From the NCBI GenBank assembly GCA_002633005.1, contig NMRA01000279.1:259233-323232 (forward strand): a DNA stretch of 64,000 bases, written 5' to 3'. The notes beneath the pieces are model-generated. The model had not been told where the DNA came from. It saw nothing but the letters and a program-made list of their open reading frames with translations, and made no database searches. Source of the DNA: Phoronis australis. Taxonomy: Eukaryota; Animalia; Phoronida. Every line of letters begins with the position of its first letter. Position 1 is the stretch's first letter. Shown here piece by piece: positions 37,301 through 48,652 of this stretch. A program made the position numbers and the translations under genes.

Positions 37301-40300
37301 GAATCACCCAAGAGAGTTTGTGAACACAGGGTATGAGCCTGATGAATATCATGGTGCGACCTTTGACCCTGATCATCAGGCTAGAGACTGGCAGGAGACT
37401 ATAGGCAATTCAGGAGACGTCTGGAAACGGCAGCCAAGAGACTTGGAAATGGTGAGTGTGTGTGTGCGAAGACATTGTTATTCTATTCTACTTCTATCAT
37501 TAAGTTCACATGATTACATTGTGACTGTTTCACATTTTATGCACGAATTGACACTATAGTGGAAAATCACCTTCTAAGATTCAAGCCTCTCGCTTCAAAG
37601 CCAGACTTAACCAGTTGACCAAATAGCAATCTGCCATAGGCGGATTATTAAGAGAGGTCACTGCAGATTCATCATGGCACTCTTTCTCATCCAATGATTA
37701 GTTCTATAATGGAGAGAACGCGGTCACTGGAATTTCTCAATCTGGTCGACCCCCTCTGCATCCACCTCCTTTTTAAACTCAGGAGCCTGTGGGGTCCCCC
37801 TTTACTATTACGATGAGGGCGAGTATAGTAAAAAATCCCCTTGTTACGAGTTTTGAACTCCGTACCTCTCACTTCAGAGTCAGGCGACACAACCAGTCGA
37901 CCGAGGAGCAATTGCACATAGGCCAGTTATTAAGAGAGGCCTTGATATTAACACACTCACTGCAGATTCACCACTGATTCTGTTGTCGTGAATTTCAGAC
38001 ATTACCACAATTGACTCAGCCATCGTACACAATTTGCAGTAATTCAGAAATATCAAATTCAGTTATTCGTCTTTCCCATGAGGAAGAAAATTAAAGATTT
38101 TACATTTATTTGGACGATTCTGTTCACAACAGTTTAGTTTTATTTGACATTCAAACTCGTCCATAATCATCTTGGCTAGCAGTACCAACAAAGCTCATTG
38201 TTTTTCCTATGGACTCCTGGCTGATTTTGTCATAAGTGCTGTTAATATCTCCCATAGCATGACCTGTCACCCAGTCAGAATGATGACGTTGATAATGGGA
38301 ATGCTCCAGAACTGGTGACAGCCTTCAGACCTGCAAATAGATATGGTAAATGTTTTGATTGTTTCATATGTGCGACTGGTAAACTCTGCTCTTGCTGTCT
38401 ATTTGGGGAAATAATTTTGTTATAAAGCAAACTATGAATCCTCATTCACAAATATTATTAAGGAAATTTACATTTATTTTGATTAATGCAGAACAGCCCT
38501 GAGGTGTTAGTTATTTTAATTGTGTCGTTTTTAACTGACTTTTTTTTAATTTTATTCTCCCAGTTCAACATAAGTAAGGACAAAGGTCTGGGGTTCCCTT
38601 GCCTTACTTTACAATTCAATGAAAAGAAAGTTTACTAAGTTAAAAGTATACGTGAACCGGATTTTGAAATACATTTAACAAAAGAAAACAAAAACATACA
38701 AGGCAGTATAGTAGTATATGGCTCTGAGAAAAAAAGGAAGGACTTACCAGAGAACATGTTTGCTGAAATATTTACGTCTGTTATATCATGTGGTAAGTAA
38801 TGTTGAAAATGGTAGCTGCAAAATATGAGTGCAGTGTGTCCTTTAGTTGTAGGTGTAGCACCACCATCATACAGGCAAGCTATGGGGATAACGACTGAAG
38901 AGGGAGACACTGATCGTGAGGATGTGGAGAAAGGGTGAGTGACAAAGTTATAAGGGGGTGTGGCTATGAGAGCGGGATTGCTGTCAATAGGTGGAGAATT
39001 AGTGAGCAGGCGGGGTTATGGAAAGGGAGGGGCTGTGAGTGGCAGGAGGGACTATGTCTAGGGGAGCTGCTGTGTGTGATAGGGAGATTGTGTGTAGGGT
39101 GGGGGCTGGGGATGAAGAGGGGGGGGCTGTGNNNNNNNNNNNNNNNNNNNNNNNNNNNNNNNNNNNNNNNNNNNNNNNNNNNNNNNNNNNNNNNNNNNNN
39201 NNNNNNNNNNNNNNGCTGTGAAGGGAAAGGAAGATCTACGTATGAGAGGGAGCATTTACGTTGGGGGCGGGGTTGATGATGGAAGGGGCTGTTAATGAGG
39301 GGGAAGGGTAATGGGAAGAGGAGGGAACCCTGTATCACATCTTGTTCATTTAACCTTTTCCTTTCTGCTGTAGTCAGTGTCAGTGTGAAGGACAGGTATC
39401 TTGAAACCTCAGTGTGTTGAACTGTTTTCACACCTTCTCAGTAGAGTTTCATAATAGTTAAAACAGGTTTTGTCTTCTTATACTTTACTGATCATGGTTT
39501 GTGTTCTCCTGGTTATGGTTGCTGTATGATTTGTTGTCACTTGTAATTCCTTGAGCATTGTTTTGCAGTCGTTGCGCCACCTGTGGAGACTGTGGCCCTC
39601 TTCAGGCTGTTTGCTCTACCTGTCGGGATCACCTGCCTAAAGGTGTCTATGCCAAGGTAGTGCTACTAGTGATCATTATCACCTGTGTGGCCGTGCTCCT
39701 AGGGACCTTCTGTTCAAGCTTTGTCTACGTGGAGTACTATCAGGTAAGCAGCTACTGTGGCTTGTGAAGGAATTCAGTGATCAGGTTTTGCAGCTAGGAA
39801 TCAGATCCTGATTTATGGACTACGCACAAGTCTGTTCTCTAAATGGTCTCTCCCCTGAGTTTATCTCTTAGGATTTCGTGGGTGTTGTGTTAATTCTCAA
39901 GCTGTGAAGTAGGAATGAGGTCAGGTTTCAGTCTCCAATTGGCTGTACTTTGTCTCACTCATTTTACAAGACAGTTGAAAAGTGCATAGAGCCACTAGCA
40001 CCTGGAGCACATGTAGGTACTCGACACCTGTCAGTTTCACAGCCTTCCTTGGTTAACTTCCTCAGATCTAGATGCTTATGTTTGGTACCTGTGCAGACTG
40101 GCAATCAGTATACAATACTTCCAGTTCACTCTGCATGGCCTCACCCACCGTTCTGTTCTCCCTCACTAGGTGGCACTACTCAGGACCAAGTCTACAGGTG
40201 TTGTGGAGGAGGACACTGTCTACCCAGGCTGCTATGTGCTGGGCCCTGACAAGGAGTTCCAGTTGTTCTACTCTAGCCTGTATCACCTTAAGTTTGACAA

Positions 40301-43300
40301 TGTTGGTGTATACTCTGGCGATGGAATGCCTGTGGAAATATCTTGTGATGTATTTATTAAACTCAGGTATTGAAATTGTGTTGAACTGCAGATATCTTCT
40401 GAATGTTTTTATTGCGGTCATGTATTGAAACTACACTATGTTAGATAGCAGATATCCTCTGATGTTCTCATTGCAGTCAGGGTAGATCTTAGTAACCTTA
40501 GGACATACGCTAGGACCTCGCTAAAATCTAGCCAAAATCATGTATTTTCATTTAAAATACATGGCAGTATCTCGTGTATTCTTGCAAAGTCTTGCTTTTT
40601 AGCAAGGTCCTAGCGTTATTGAACTCTATCCTGGTATTGAAACTGCATTCCGGGTTAGGCTATGCGGAATTCATCGGGGGCAACGAAACAATAATCTTCT
40701 CAGCCAAGACTGTAAACTCTTTGTTATGTTGTGTTTAGTTACACAGTCCAACTGTGACAGTTGTAAGAATAAGAGAAGCATTTACAAAGAACTACTTTCA
40801 CTGACCTTACACGTAAACTTCAACAGTCCTAATATGTGTGAAAGGTATACCTGTTACTTACAACCATCGACAAAATTCTAAGCCTCTATGCCTACTAGTT
40901 AACCCCTCCAAGCCCAAAAAATAGGACCAGACTTTAAGCAGGGCTTGGAATTTTCCGCGGAAACGCGGATTTCCGCTTTTTTCAAATGTGCTTTCCGCTT
41001 TTTTTATTATATTTCCGCGTAAAAAAATCGGAATTGATATAAAATTTCCGCGGCAAATTCCTTTCTTACCGCGGTGTTGCAGACGACGTTCACCTCGAAA
41101 AGCGGAAGTTGCTCTTTATGTTCGGAGGAACGTAAATTGTCAACATTGCCGGGGCATCTGGGATAGCGTGGTGTGATTTTCAATGGCGTCTCGTGTTATT
41201 GTCAAGCGCGGCGACAAATACTACCGCTCTGCAGCCAAAAATGTGTGGGTTGGGAGTAGACGGGCGAGCTAAAAGGACGCAGACACATGCAACTGATGGT
41301 GGAAAGGTTTTTTTTTTTTTTTTAGTCTGCCCGATTTTTGTCGGGGAAAGGTTCACATCGACCAGTTCTAGGCTGGTTATCGGGCGATGATTTGGGCCGT
41401 AAAAGTTTCAAAGTTTCCGCGTTTTTTGTCATTGGTCATTCCAAGCCCTGTTTAAAACATTCGGATGTTTTTATTAACTCAGGTACAGAAACGGCCAAAC
41501 TCGAGTATCTTCTGAATTGTTTTTTCAAACTCAAATATTGAGACTGGGTCAGGCTGACTGATGATACAATGATTGTTGATTTTCTGAATGAAAGTTTTCT
41601 CAGACGTTTGCATTTCTAAGTGAGGATTTCTAAGTGAGGATTGCTAAGTGAAGTCACTGTTTTGAAACCTACTCGGAGTACATTTTTAACTAAATCTTTG
41701 CTTGGGATCCAAACCCTCTGAAGAAATCCAATGCTAAATGTGGCAAATTTGAAGGAATTTTGTTGGTTGGAATATTGTAAGAGATGTGGATATATCCAGA
41801 ACTCCAACCAGAATTCAAAATTGCATGTACTCTTTTGTCTGATGAATAGACGGGTATGCTGTGAATTTGAGTAAGTGTGATTAAAACTATACAACACCCA
41901 GAGACGGCTCCCTTGCATGTTCAACCAGTTTGGAAATGCAGGAAAATTAGACTTTCGTGTTAGAATTTCATACTCTTTAGAATATGTCTGCTTTCAGGGT
42001 TTATTAGACAATTTAAAGAAAGAAAATATTGTCATGTTAATAGCTATGCTAATGTATAGCAGGAACTTAACCACAGTTTAACATAATCTACATTAAACAA
42101 AGCGCAGTTGTATTCATTGATAACTTGTAAATGTGAAAACAAATAATTCTGCAAATGTGTTACCTTTGCACTGATGACTTTCCTCATGGGCTCACGTAGC
42201 CGGCATCATTCAGTATTATTCCTCAACACCACATCATGATACTTACTAGACACGGTTCAGTGATTTGCGACGGATCATTTTCTCCTCAAAACTCATTTCT
42301 TAAAAACATTTGGAAATTTTCAAGTTGCTTCATCTGTCATTCTCACGTCGTCGCTGTATGTTGTGTTTCTAACTAATTTGGCCAAGCAATCGCAGAGATA
42401 AATCATTAGATAAGCCTGCAATGTCTAATTTAAATTGATTCCCTTTGTTTTCAGACCCAAGGAAATAGGTCAACTATACAAGAAGTTTAAGTGGGACTTT
42501 CTGGAAGTGTTCAAGCCTATCATTAACAGCACGATCAAGAACACTGTTCCACTGTATAAGGTCGATGATTTCCGTTTTAAGAGAGATGAAATTCAACGTG
42601 ACATTCAGTACCAGCTCTCTCTTAAATTGGGAGGTAAGTAATTATTTGATTTCTGCCCGATTTCCAGATTCCGGTGTTCATCTACCTGGGTAGTGGTATA
42701 ACTGGTGTGTACCTGGTCTCCTTCAGATGATTGTTAGTGGTATGAGAGATGTGTACCTCGTCTCGATCCCTCATGTAACTGTGGGTGGTATCATAGATGT
42801 GCACGTCATCTCACTAACGTAACTATTAGTGGGTATGATAGACGTGTACGTCGTCTCCCTCATATAACTGTTAGTGGTATGATAGAGGTGAACGTTGTCT
42901 CCCTCATGTAACTGTTAGTGGTATGATAGGATTGTATCTGATCTCCTTCAGGTGACTGTTGCCCCGACTGTTGTGAATCACCAGACTTTCCCTGCAACAA
43001 GCGTGCCATCTGCTGGCATTGCCAGCAACAACCAAACTGCAGCCGTGCGTACCACGCGGACGTGCCCTACTTCAGTCTCAGGGCACTCACTCTCAATGAT
43101 CAAATGATGGGAAGGTACCTGACCAGGCTTCAGCTCCAGGTCAGTTGTCACCAGATCACTTAGAAATAAACGTTGTTCTATGAAAATGGTAAAAATTCTT
43201 CAGTTTAGGACTGGGAGTAATTTGATATTGGTCCTAGGTTTAGGACAACAATGATATTTTTATTGCAAATGCTCAAAATTTTATCAAATGTCATTTTGTG

Positions 43301-45084
43301 ATTGATACACCACAATGCTAAAAGCAAAGCAAAATTTAATTAAGTTCTTGATGAGAAATTTGACAAAATGAAACATCACCTGTTTGCCATATTATGTCCC
43401 AAACTGAAGAATTTTACGATAGTTCAGCAGAGACATCATGAATGAGGAATGCCGTCAAATCGAAATGTTTTAAACCCTGTGTTTTGGAATTATGTAATTA
43501 TTCACCATTTTCACACATCGTGGTAAAACTGGAAAATAATAACTTGTCTCATGGGAAATGGAAAGGGACAAAAGTGTTAAGTTTTCCAAGTTGTAGTTTC
43601 ATTTTTGTTTTATGCAACTTTAAGTTTTTCATAAAAATCCGAAGCTTCCTATTTTTTGTAGCCTCTTATGAAAAAGTGGAGCATTTTAAAAACAATTTCA
43701 AACAGTGTTTTGGAGAACTGTGCATAAAGTGTAAACATGTGAAACTTTCAAAAGAATCTGTTTCTGAGATATAATGTTCCAAAGTTACAGCCAAATTTGA
43801 ACATTTTTGTCAGGTCTTGCATAACCTTAAAATCATTTGTTTTGTTATGCCTCGGTCACTGTGATTATCCATTGCACTATTGATCATAAATATTTGAAAA
43901 AAATAATCAGTCATGGCTACTGGTCTTTCTGTAAAACAAACTTCTCGATGTTGCTAAGCCACCCTGTTCCTCTTGGGGATTAATGACTGTCTGGTTCCTG
44001 TGAAAATTTTGTTGCCCTCTGTCGGTGTTCATAGACTACAATTGAGGGCCTTACAGTTGTTGTTTATGAACACCAGCGGGAACCAGACAGTCATCAGTCC
44101 TTAGAAGGAGCCAGGCGGCTTTGCAACGTCGAGAAGTATATTTATGGTAAGTCCAGTAGCCATGATTCATAATTTTTTGCAACCATTTATTCACCTGGAT
44201 GAATGATAATATCTATCATCTAATCGACCATTAATGTTTATTGCAGGTTCAAGCCGAGACAGAGCAGTTCATCCAAGATCGAAATGTGACGTTGAAGAAG
44301 ATAGACCTGGAAGTGCAGGCTGTATTGAATCAAGGTAAGGTGACGTGAAAAGGTTTTGGCACAGTGTTGGAAGTCAATGTTCCATAAGTTGCAGCAACTA
44401 CTGGGAATTTCTAAAGATAGGCCTACCCAAAAGTACACCCAAAAGTACACCCAAAAGTAGCCCAAAGTACGTCTGTCACTGGGCTTCTTATGTTTATCAA
44501 CTAGGCAACAGGGGGCTGTGAGTGCTAGCAATGCCTGGTCCTATTGGTCGACATGGTATGGTGGTTCTTAAAAGAAAAATTATAGGTGGTGGGTTAGGGC
44601 AATAATTAAATCTAAGATACACATGGCGTTTTAGAAGAAGTGCCTCCCCCATCGACCCTCTTCAGATTTTTGTAGAATGGCCCTGATGATCCTTTAGTAA
44701 TTAATTTTAATTTCTCAGTTGACAGTGCAGCAAAGTCTAATATAAAATTAATGAACTAAAGAATAGTTTTTGTTTTGTTTTGTTTTATTTTGCTTCATGT
44801 TCTTAACTGAAGCTTAATATCTTTTACTTATTTTTAAAGCAAACAAAATTCTGGCTAATGCCACAGCTGAAGCAGTGAAAATCCGAGCATTCGCTGAAGC
44901 GGAGCGAGAGGTCGTGACTCAGACAGAGGAAATGAATGCCCTCAACTCAATGTGTGGCAAACTGAACATCACTCAAGTTGACCACAAGATGTCGCTCTAT
45001 ATGATTCACACTTTGGAACATCTCCCCCATTTGTACAGAGCTGAGGATTACAGCAAGGCCTCTTTGTTCAAACCGTCTCCTTGA
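34354..45084 (+). CDS. Uncharacterised single-pass membrane protein with an SPFH/Band-7 (prohibitin/erlin-like) domain, Cys-rich insertion and C-terminal coiled coil
   Basis: Phase-compatible exons 34354-34447, 35346-35408, 36929-36974, 37157-37451, 38258-38345, 38853-38934, 39569-39743, 40170-40366, 42455-42633, 42952-43139, 44247-44334, 44840-45084 (1740 nt, about 579 aa). TM segment KVVLLVIIITCVAVLLGTFCSSF is followed by an SPFH-like pattern: VYVEYYQVALLR..TGVV...YPGCYVLGP...VYSGDGMPVEISCDVFIKLRPKEIGQLYKKF...IINSTIKNTV...FRFKRDEIQ, then ANKILANATAEAVKIRAFAEAERE. The N-terminal exons are less certain than the C-terminal ones. Confidence 0.8.
36720..36840. repeat. Degenerate ~38-bp tandem repeat (TCTCACCAG..CTCATTCAGTGAATG), 3 units
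   Basis: CATTCAGTGAATG recurs at about 38-bp spacing. Confidence 0.7.
37690..37910 (-). mobile_element. Probable tRNA-derived SINE, minus strand
   Basis: Reverse strand reads GCTCCTCGGTCGACTGGTT (A-box-like)...GGAGTTCAAAACTC (B-box-like). It is flanked by the repeated TTATTAAGAGAGG..CACTGCAGATTCA. Confidence 0.45.
40478..40633. mobile_element. Small palindromic MITE
   Basis: Left CAGGGTAGATCTTAGTAACC..CGCTAGGACCTCGCTAAAA pairs imperfectly with right TTTTAGCAAGGTCCTAGCGTTATTGAACTCTATCCTG. Confidence 0.55.
40939..41450. mobile_element. Non-autonomous hAT-like element
   Basis: 13-bp perfect TIR CAGGGCTTGGAAT / ATTCCAAGCCCTG, multiple subterminal TTTCCGC motifs and a CpG-rich interior. The TSD is imperfect (ACTTTAAG / TTTAAAAC). 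Confidence 0.75.
42680..42960. repeat. Degenerate ~42-bp minisatellite ending in the acceptor of SPFH exon 10
   Basis: About 6 units of GTGTACCTGGTCTCCTTCAGATGATTGTTAGTGGTATGATAGA-like sequence. The last unit is ATCTCCTTCAG|GTGACTGTTG. Confidence 0.8.
43186..43420. mobile_element. Tc1/mariner (pogo-like) MITE, copy 1 (interior reversed relative to the copies in RSU1)
   Basis: TIRs GTAAAAATTCTTCAGTTTAGGAC / GTCCCAAACTGAAGAATTTTAC. The interior is the reverse complement of 52757-52995 and 53904-54157. Confidence 0.7.
43897..44178. mobile_element. Foldback MITE with ~100-bp imperfect inverted arms
   Basis: TCATGGCTACTGG..CTTCTCGA..TTGC..ATGACTGTCTGGTTCC on the left pairs with GGAACCAGACAGTCAT..GCAA..TCGAGAAG..CCAGTAGCCATGA on the right. 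Confidence 0.75.
44424..44470. repeat. 12-bp tandem repeat (CCCAAAAGTACA), about 4 units
   Basis: Directly visible. Confidence 0.8.
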
Positions 45085-45437
45085 AGCTATGCACTATTTA
45101 CAGATTCTCTTTTTACCGTGTTCTGGATGTCATGAAAAAAACGTACGAGAGGATTTGCTGTGTACTCAAAAATGTCCTAAACGTAGACAAAGAGCAGAGG
45201 TTGCCTCTTACTTTTTGATATTTACATTGAATTACTAAATTGCGTCAAGAAATGTAAAAGCTGTTTCAAACTGTTTGTAATTCATGGCTTATTTTTAGTA
45301 GCTAAAGTCATTCATTGCAAAGACAAAAGAGCGATGGGAACAGTGTTGTGAGGATTTGGTATAATAATTTGGTATTCGGTGTAGTTCATTTTCACAGTAA
45401 AGGCAACTTATTCTGTATGCATGAATCAGCATAATGT

Positions 45438-45594
45438 CATAGGTGGATCCAGGGGGTTGTCAAGAGGATCCGGACTCCCGTTTTTCCTTGATTTTAGCGA
45501 TCAAATCTAGAATTTTCAAGTTGTTGACTTGGACCACCCTTTTAAAAAATCCTTGATCCGACTCTCCTTTTAAAAAATCCTGTATCCGCCCCTG
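45438..45594. mobile_element. Short GC-rich-terminus MITE (GGCGGATCCAGG type)
   Basis: Left CATAGGTGGATCCAGG pairs with right CCTGTATCCGCCCCTG. It lies downstream of the SPFH stop codon, probably in the 3' UTR. Confidence 0.55.
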
Positions 45595-48327
45595 GCATTC
45601 AATCATTTCGTCCATGTCTATGGTCAACTGGCCATGTGAGTTGAGGGTCCAGTTTTGGTCTCATCACTGTGGTCTAAGAACATTCCAATAACAATGCACA
45701 ATGTTTGATCATTCTGTGAACAAAATAGGTTGTTTACATGAAGCCGCTGTAGTTGTTTGTGTCATGGGTTGTGGGTGCATCAGTACAATTATTTGGTCAA
45801 AACGACTAGGGATGAAAAGTTAAAAGTAATTATCGTTGGTGTAATGAATATTTTTGGACGTTTTACGAGCAGTTTTTAGCAAAACTATATTTCGGTATGA
45901 CAAAATAGATTGGTCATTGCCAAGTTTTTGTAGTGCAAGTGGTGATTTTACAGTGTGGGGACATTTTCATGAAATGGGATTCATTGAATTTGTTAACAGT
46001 TCAGAAAATATTTCATTAACCAAAAAAATCTGTGTTGAACATTTATAGAAAGAGGAATCATGTTTCCAATTTGTTATTACCTTGATCACAATTCAGGTAT
46101 CTTGATCACACAGGTGGATTTCGCGACATGTTAAAACATTTTCACCTTGATTGTTCGTCCTTGTTGAAAGACAGCCTTGCGTCATCATTCCTTTACTTGC
46201 ATCTGTGATACATAAGTCATGTGGTTTAACAGTGTTAATTATTAAGTGTTATTATTATTATTATGAGAATGTGTGCTTCTAATAATTGTATTGATCCAAG
46301 TGATATTTTATTTTCAGTGAAGGATTGTTGAATACTTGTTAATAAAACTTGTACAAAATGCATTTGTGCTTCGAGTTTCACAGAGGTTTTCTTGAAGCCT
46401 CCTTTAACAGTTAAAATATAAACTCTTCATGTTTTTACTAAAAAATTGGTGGATGTTCTTATGACTTGTTGTTGAACAAGTAATACAAGTGCCTGTTCTC
46501 AGACACATAGGACAATCGCTGTGCCTCCTATTGGCAATTTCAGCATTTTGGTTAATCCGTTTTTGGCATCTACCTCTATCTGTCACAATTAAGATTGTTG
46601 ATTTTTGGACTGACACTTTCAACTACAACTACACCCCTGGTGACAGTTACATTTTTGTGCGTTTACACCAATATCATTCTACTACGTTTTATAAATTAAG
46701 GATCTTTATGAAATGTGGCACTGCTCCGTATTGTGTCATCCTAAATTGTTGAATTTTAATTAAAATACCATGCCAAGAATTGTAAGGTGACACCCCCAGT
46801 GTGTTTATGATGGGTCTAGATTATCTAGAGAACAATAACATCCACACCCTGAGGTGAGGTAATAGCGGCGAATTTCTAGGTAAGCAAACCAGTCAAGTTG
46901 CCTAATCTTGACCGTGACAGTGTCCACGCTGGATTCTTTTTATGTCTGCAATTGTTTGTTTGGCATCACTACTCGCGCGTTAATCATATATTGCTGATGC
47001 TTCAAAGTTGTACAACAGCCATGAAGTCATTATTGACGCATAATTGCTCTGGTCCACTCAAACATTAAATGGATCCATGCTCAAGGTATTGAGGGTTGAT
47101 AGCGTGTGCAGCTCTTATACAAATCAATTTACAAAGAACGAGGTGCCACAAAACAGTCCCAGTGAGGAGATAACAATGCCCTCTGTTGCTCTAACAGCTG
47201 CCTCTGGCTCCTGTACATATGTAACCATAGTATTCATGAAGTGCTGCATGGTGCTGCTAGAGTATTCACACCCAGTGGCTGGTATTGATCTATGGTGGTT
47301 TTGAAATTGTTTGCCTTATAGGGTGACCTTGTTGTTCTGGGCAACATAAAAAGCTATTTTCTTTCTTTGAATTTTCACTGAAAATGCGTATCTGGTAGTC
47401 ATAGTAATGTAGGTAAACCGTGTCACGGCCGACGACGAATATGAGGCCTATTGTTGATGATATAGTTCTGATCTTTTGTCGATAATTTGAAATCAATCAC
47501 AAATGATCTGTTCAGTAAACTTTACTTAATCTACTAAATAAGCACAAATCAATTTGGACAGAGCTCAGTCAACATTCCTCCATTTTGAACATTTCCTTCA
47601 TATCAACAACTAAAATTGCCAGAAAAGATAAACATTTTGCATTGCGTTACTTGAACCATCACTGTTTTTCCTTCTTAATAACACTTTTTGATCTTTTGAG
47701 AACACTATTCAACACCATTCTTATGTTAAAATGAACACCTGTTCACATTTTTATCAAATTTGTGTTCAAGGCCCCACAGTGATTTCTCAGTGTTCAAAAT
47801 TGAGGAATCCTAATTGTAATATATAAAAATAATAAATATAAATTAATCATGTAGTTCAGTGTAAAAACTCAACCTTTCGTCTCAGAAACCAAACCTAGAA
47901 AAGGTGCAACCCCTTAATACAAGTCTAACACACTTTAACTGCCAATTTAAATAATGTTTGCTGTCAAAATTCTTCATGCAAAAAGCAAATACACGAGTCG
48001 ATACAAGCAAACATCACTAGTAACCCGCACCATACTTACTTAAGCGTACACAGCAATAGTTAATAAGCTCCTCGCTTTGACTTGCATGTGAAAAAGACGA
48101 CTCGTCAGCAAGCTTGACCTAACAAAGCTATTTTACTAAAATTCTTATGTTGGCTATCAACAATCATTTAGCTACTAATTACTACTAGAACAGTCATATA
48201 TACTTTTAGCGTGCAGTATATCATAACATAAACAAAACTACCTAGATAGCTTTTAGCAAATCTAATGTTGCCAAGCTAAGGACATGACAAACAAATCAAG
48301 TTGACAGACAGTACAAAACAGTCTAGG

Positions 48328-48652
48328 TTAAGCCAAAAAACTTAATTGGTTCTGGTCTGGTATCTTTTCAAAAATTGCATTGGTGTTGCAGCGCTTTTTA
48401 GTTGTTCGCTTATTCGAAAAAGAAAATCCAACTGAAAAAAGCAAAATTGATGTGAGATTTGCTGTTTTTACTTAACTCTATCAAATCATGGCATTTCAAA
48501 CCTTGCTTACGTGCCTTTGTTCAGCATTTCAAAGAAAAAACACCATACCTTGACTGTAATTGAGATGAACAGACATTTTTTAGTCGTTGAGTACAGGTCC
48601 CTCAAAAGGAGTCCAAGTGCAGACCAGAACCAATTATGTTTTTTTGGCCTAA
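48328..48652. mobile_element. MITE with ~30-bp TIRs
   Basis: TTAAGCCAAAAAACTTAATTGGTTCTGGTCTG pairs with CAGACCAGAACCAATTATGTTTTTTTGGCCTAA. Confidence 0.7.
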
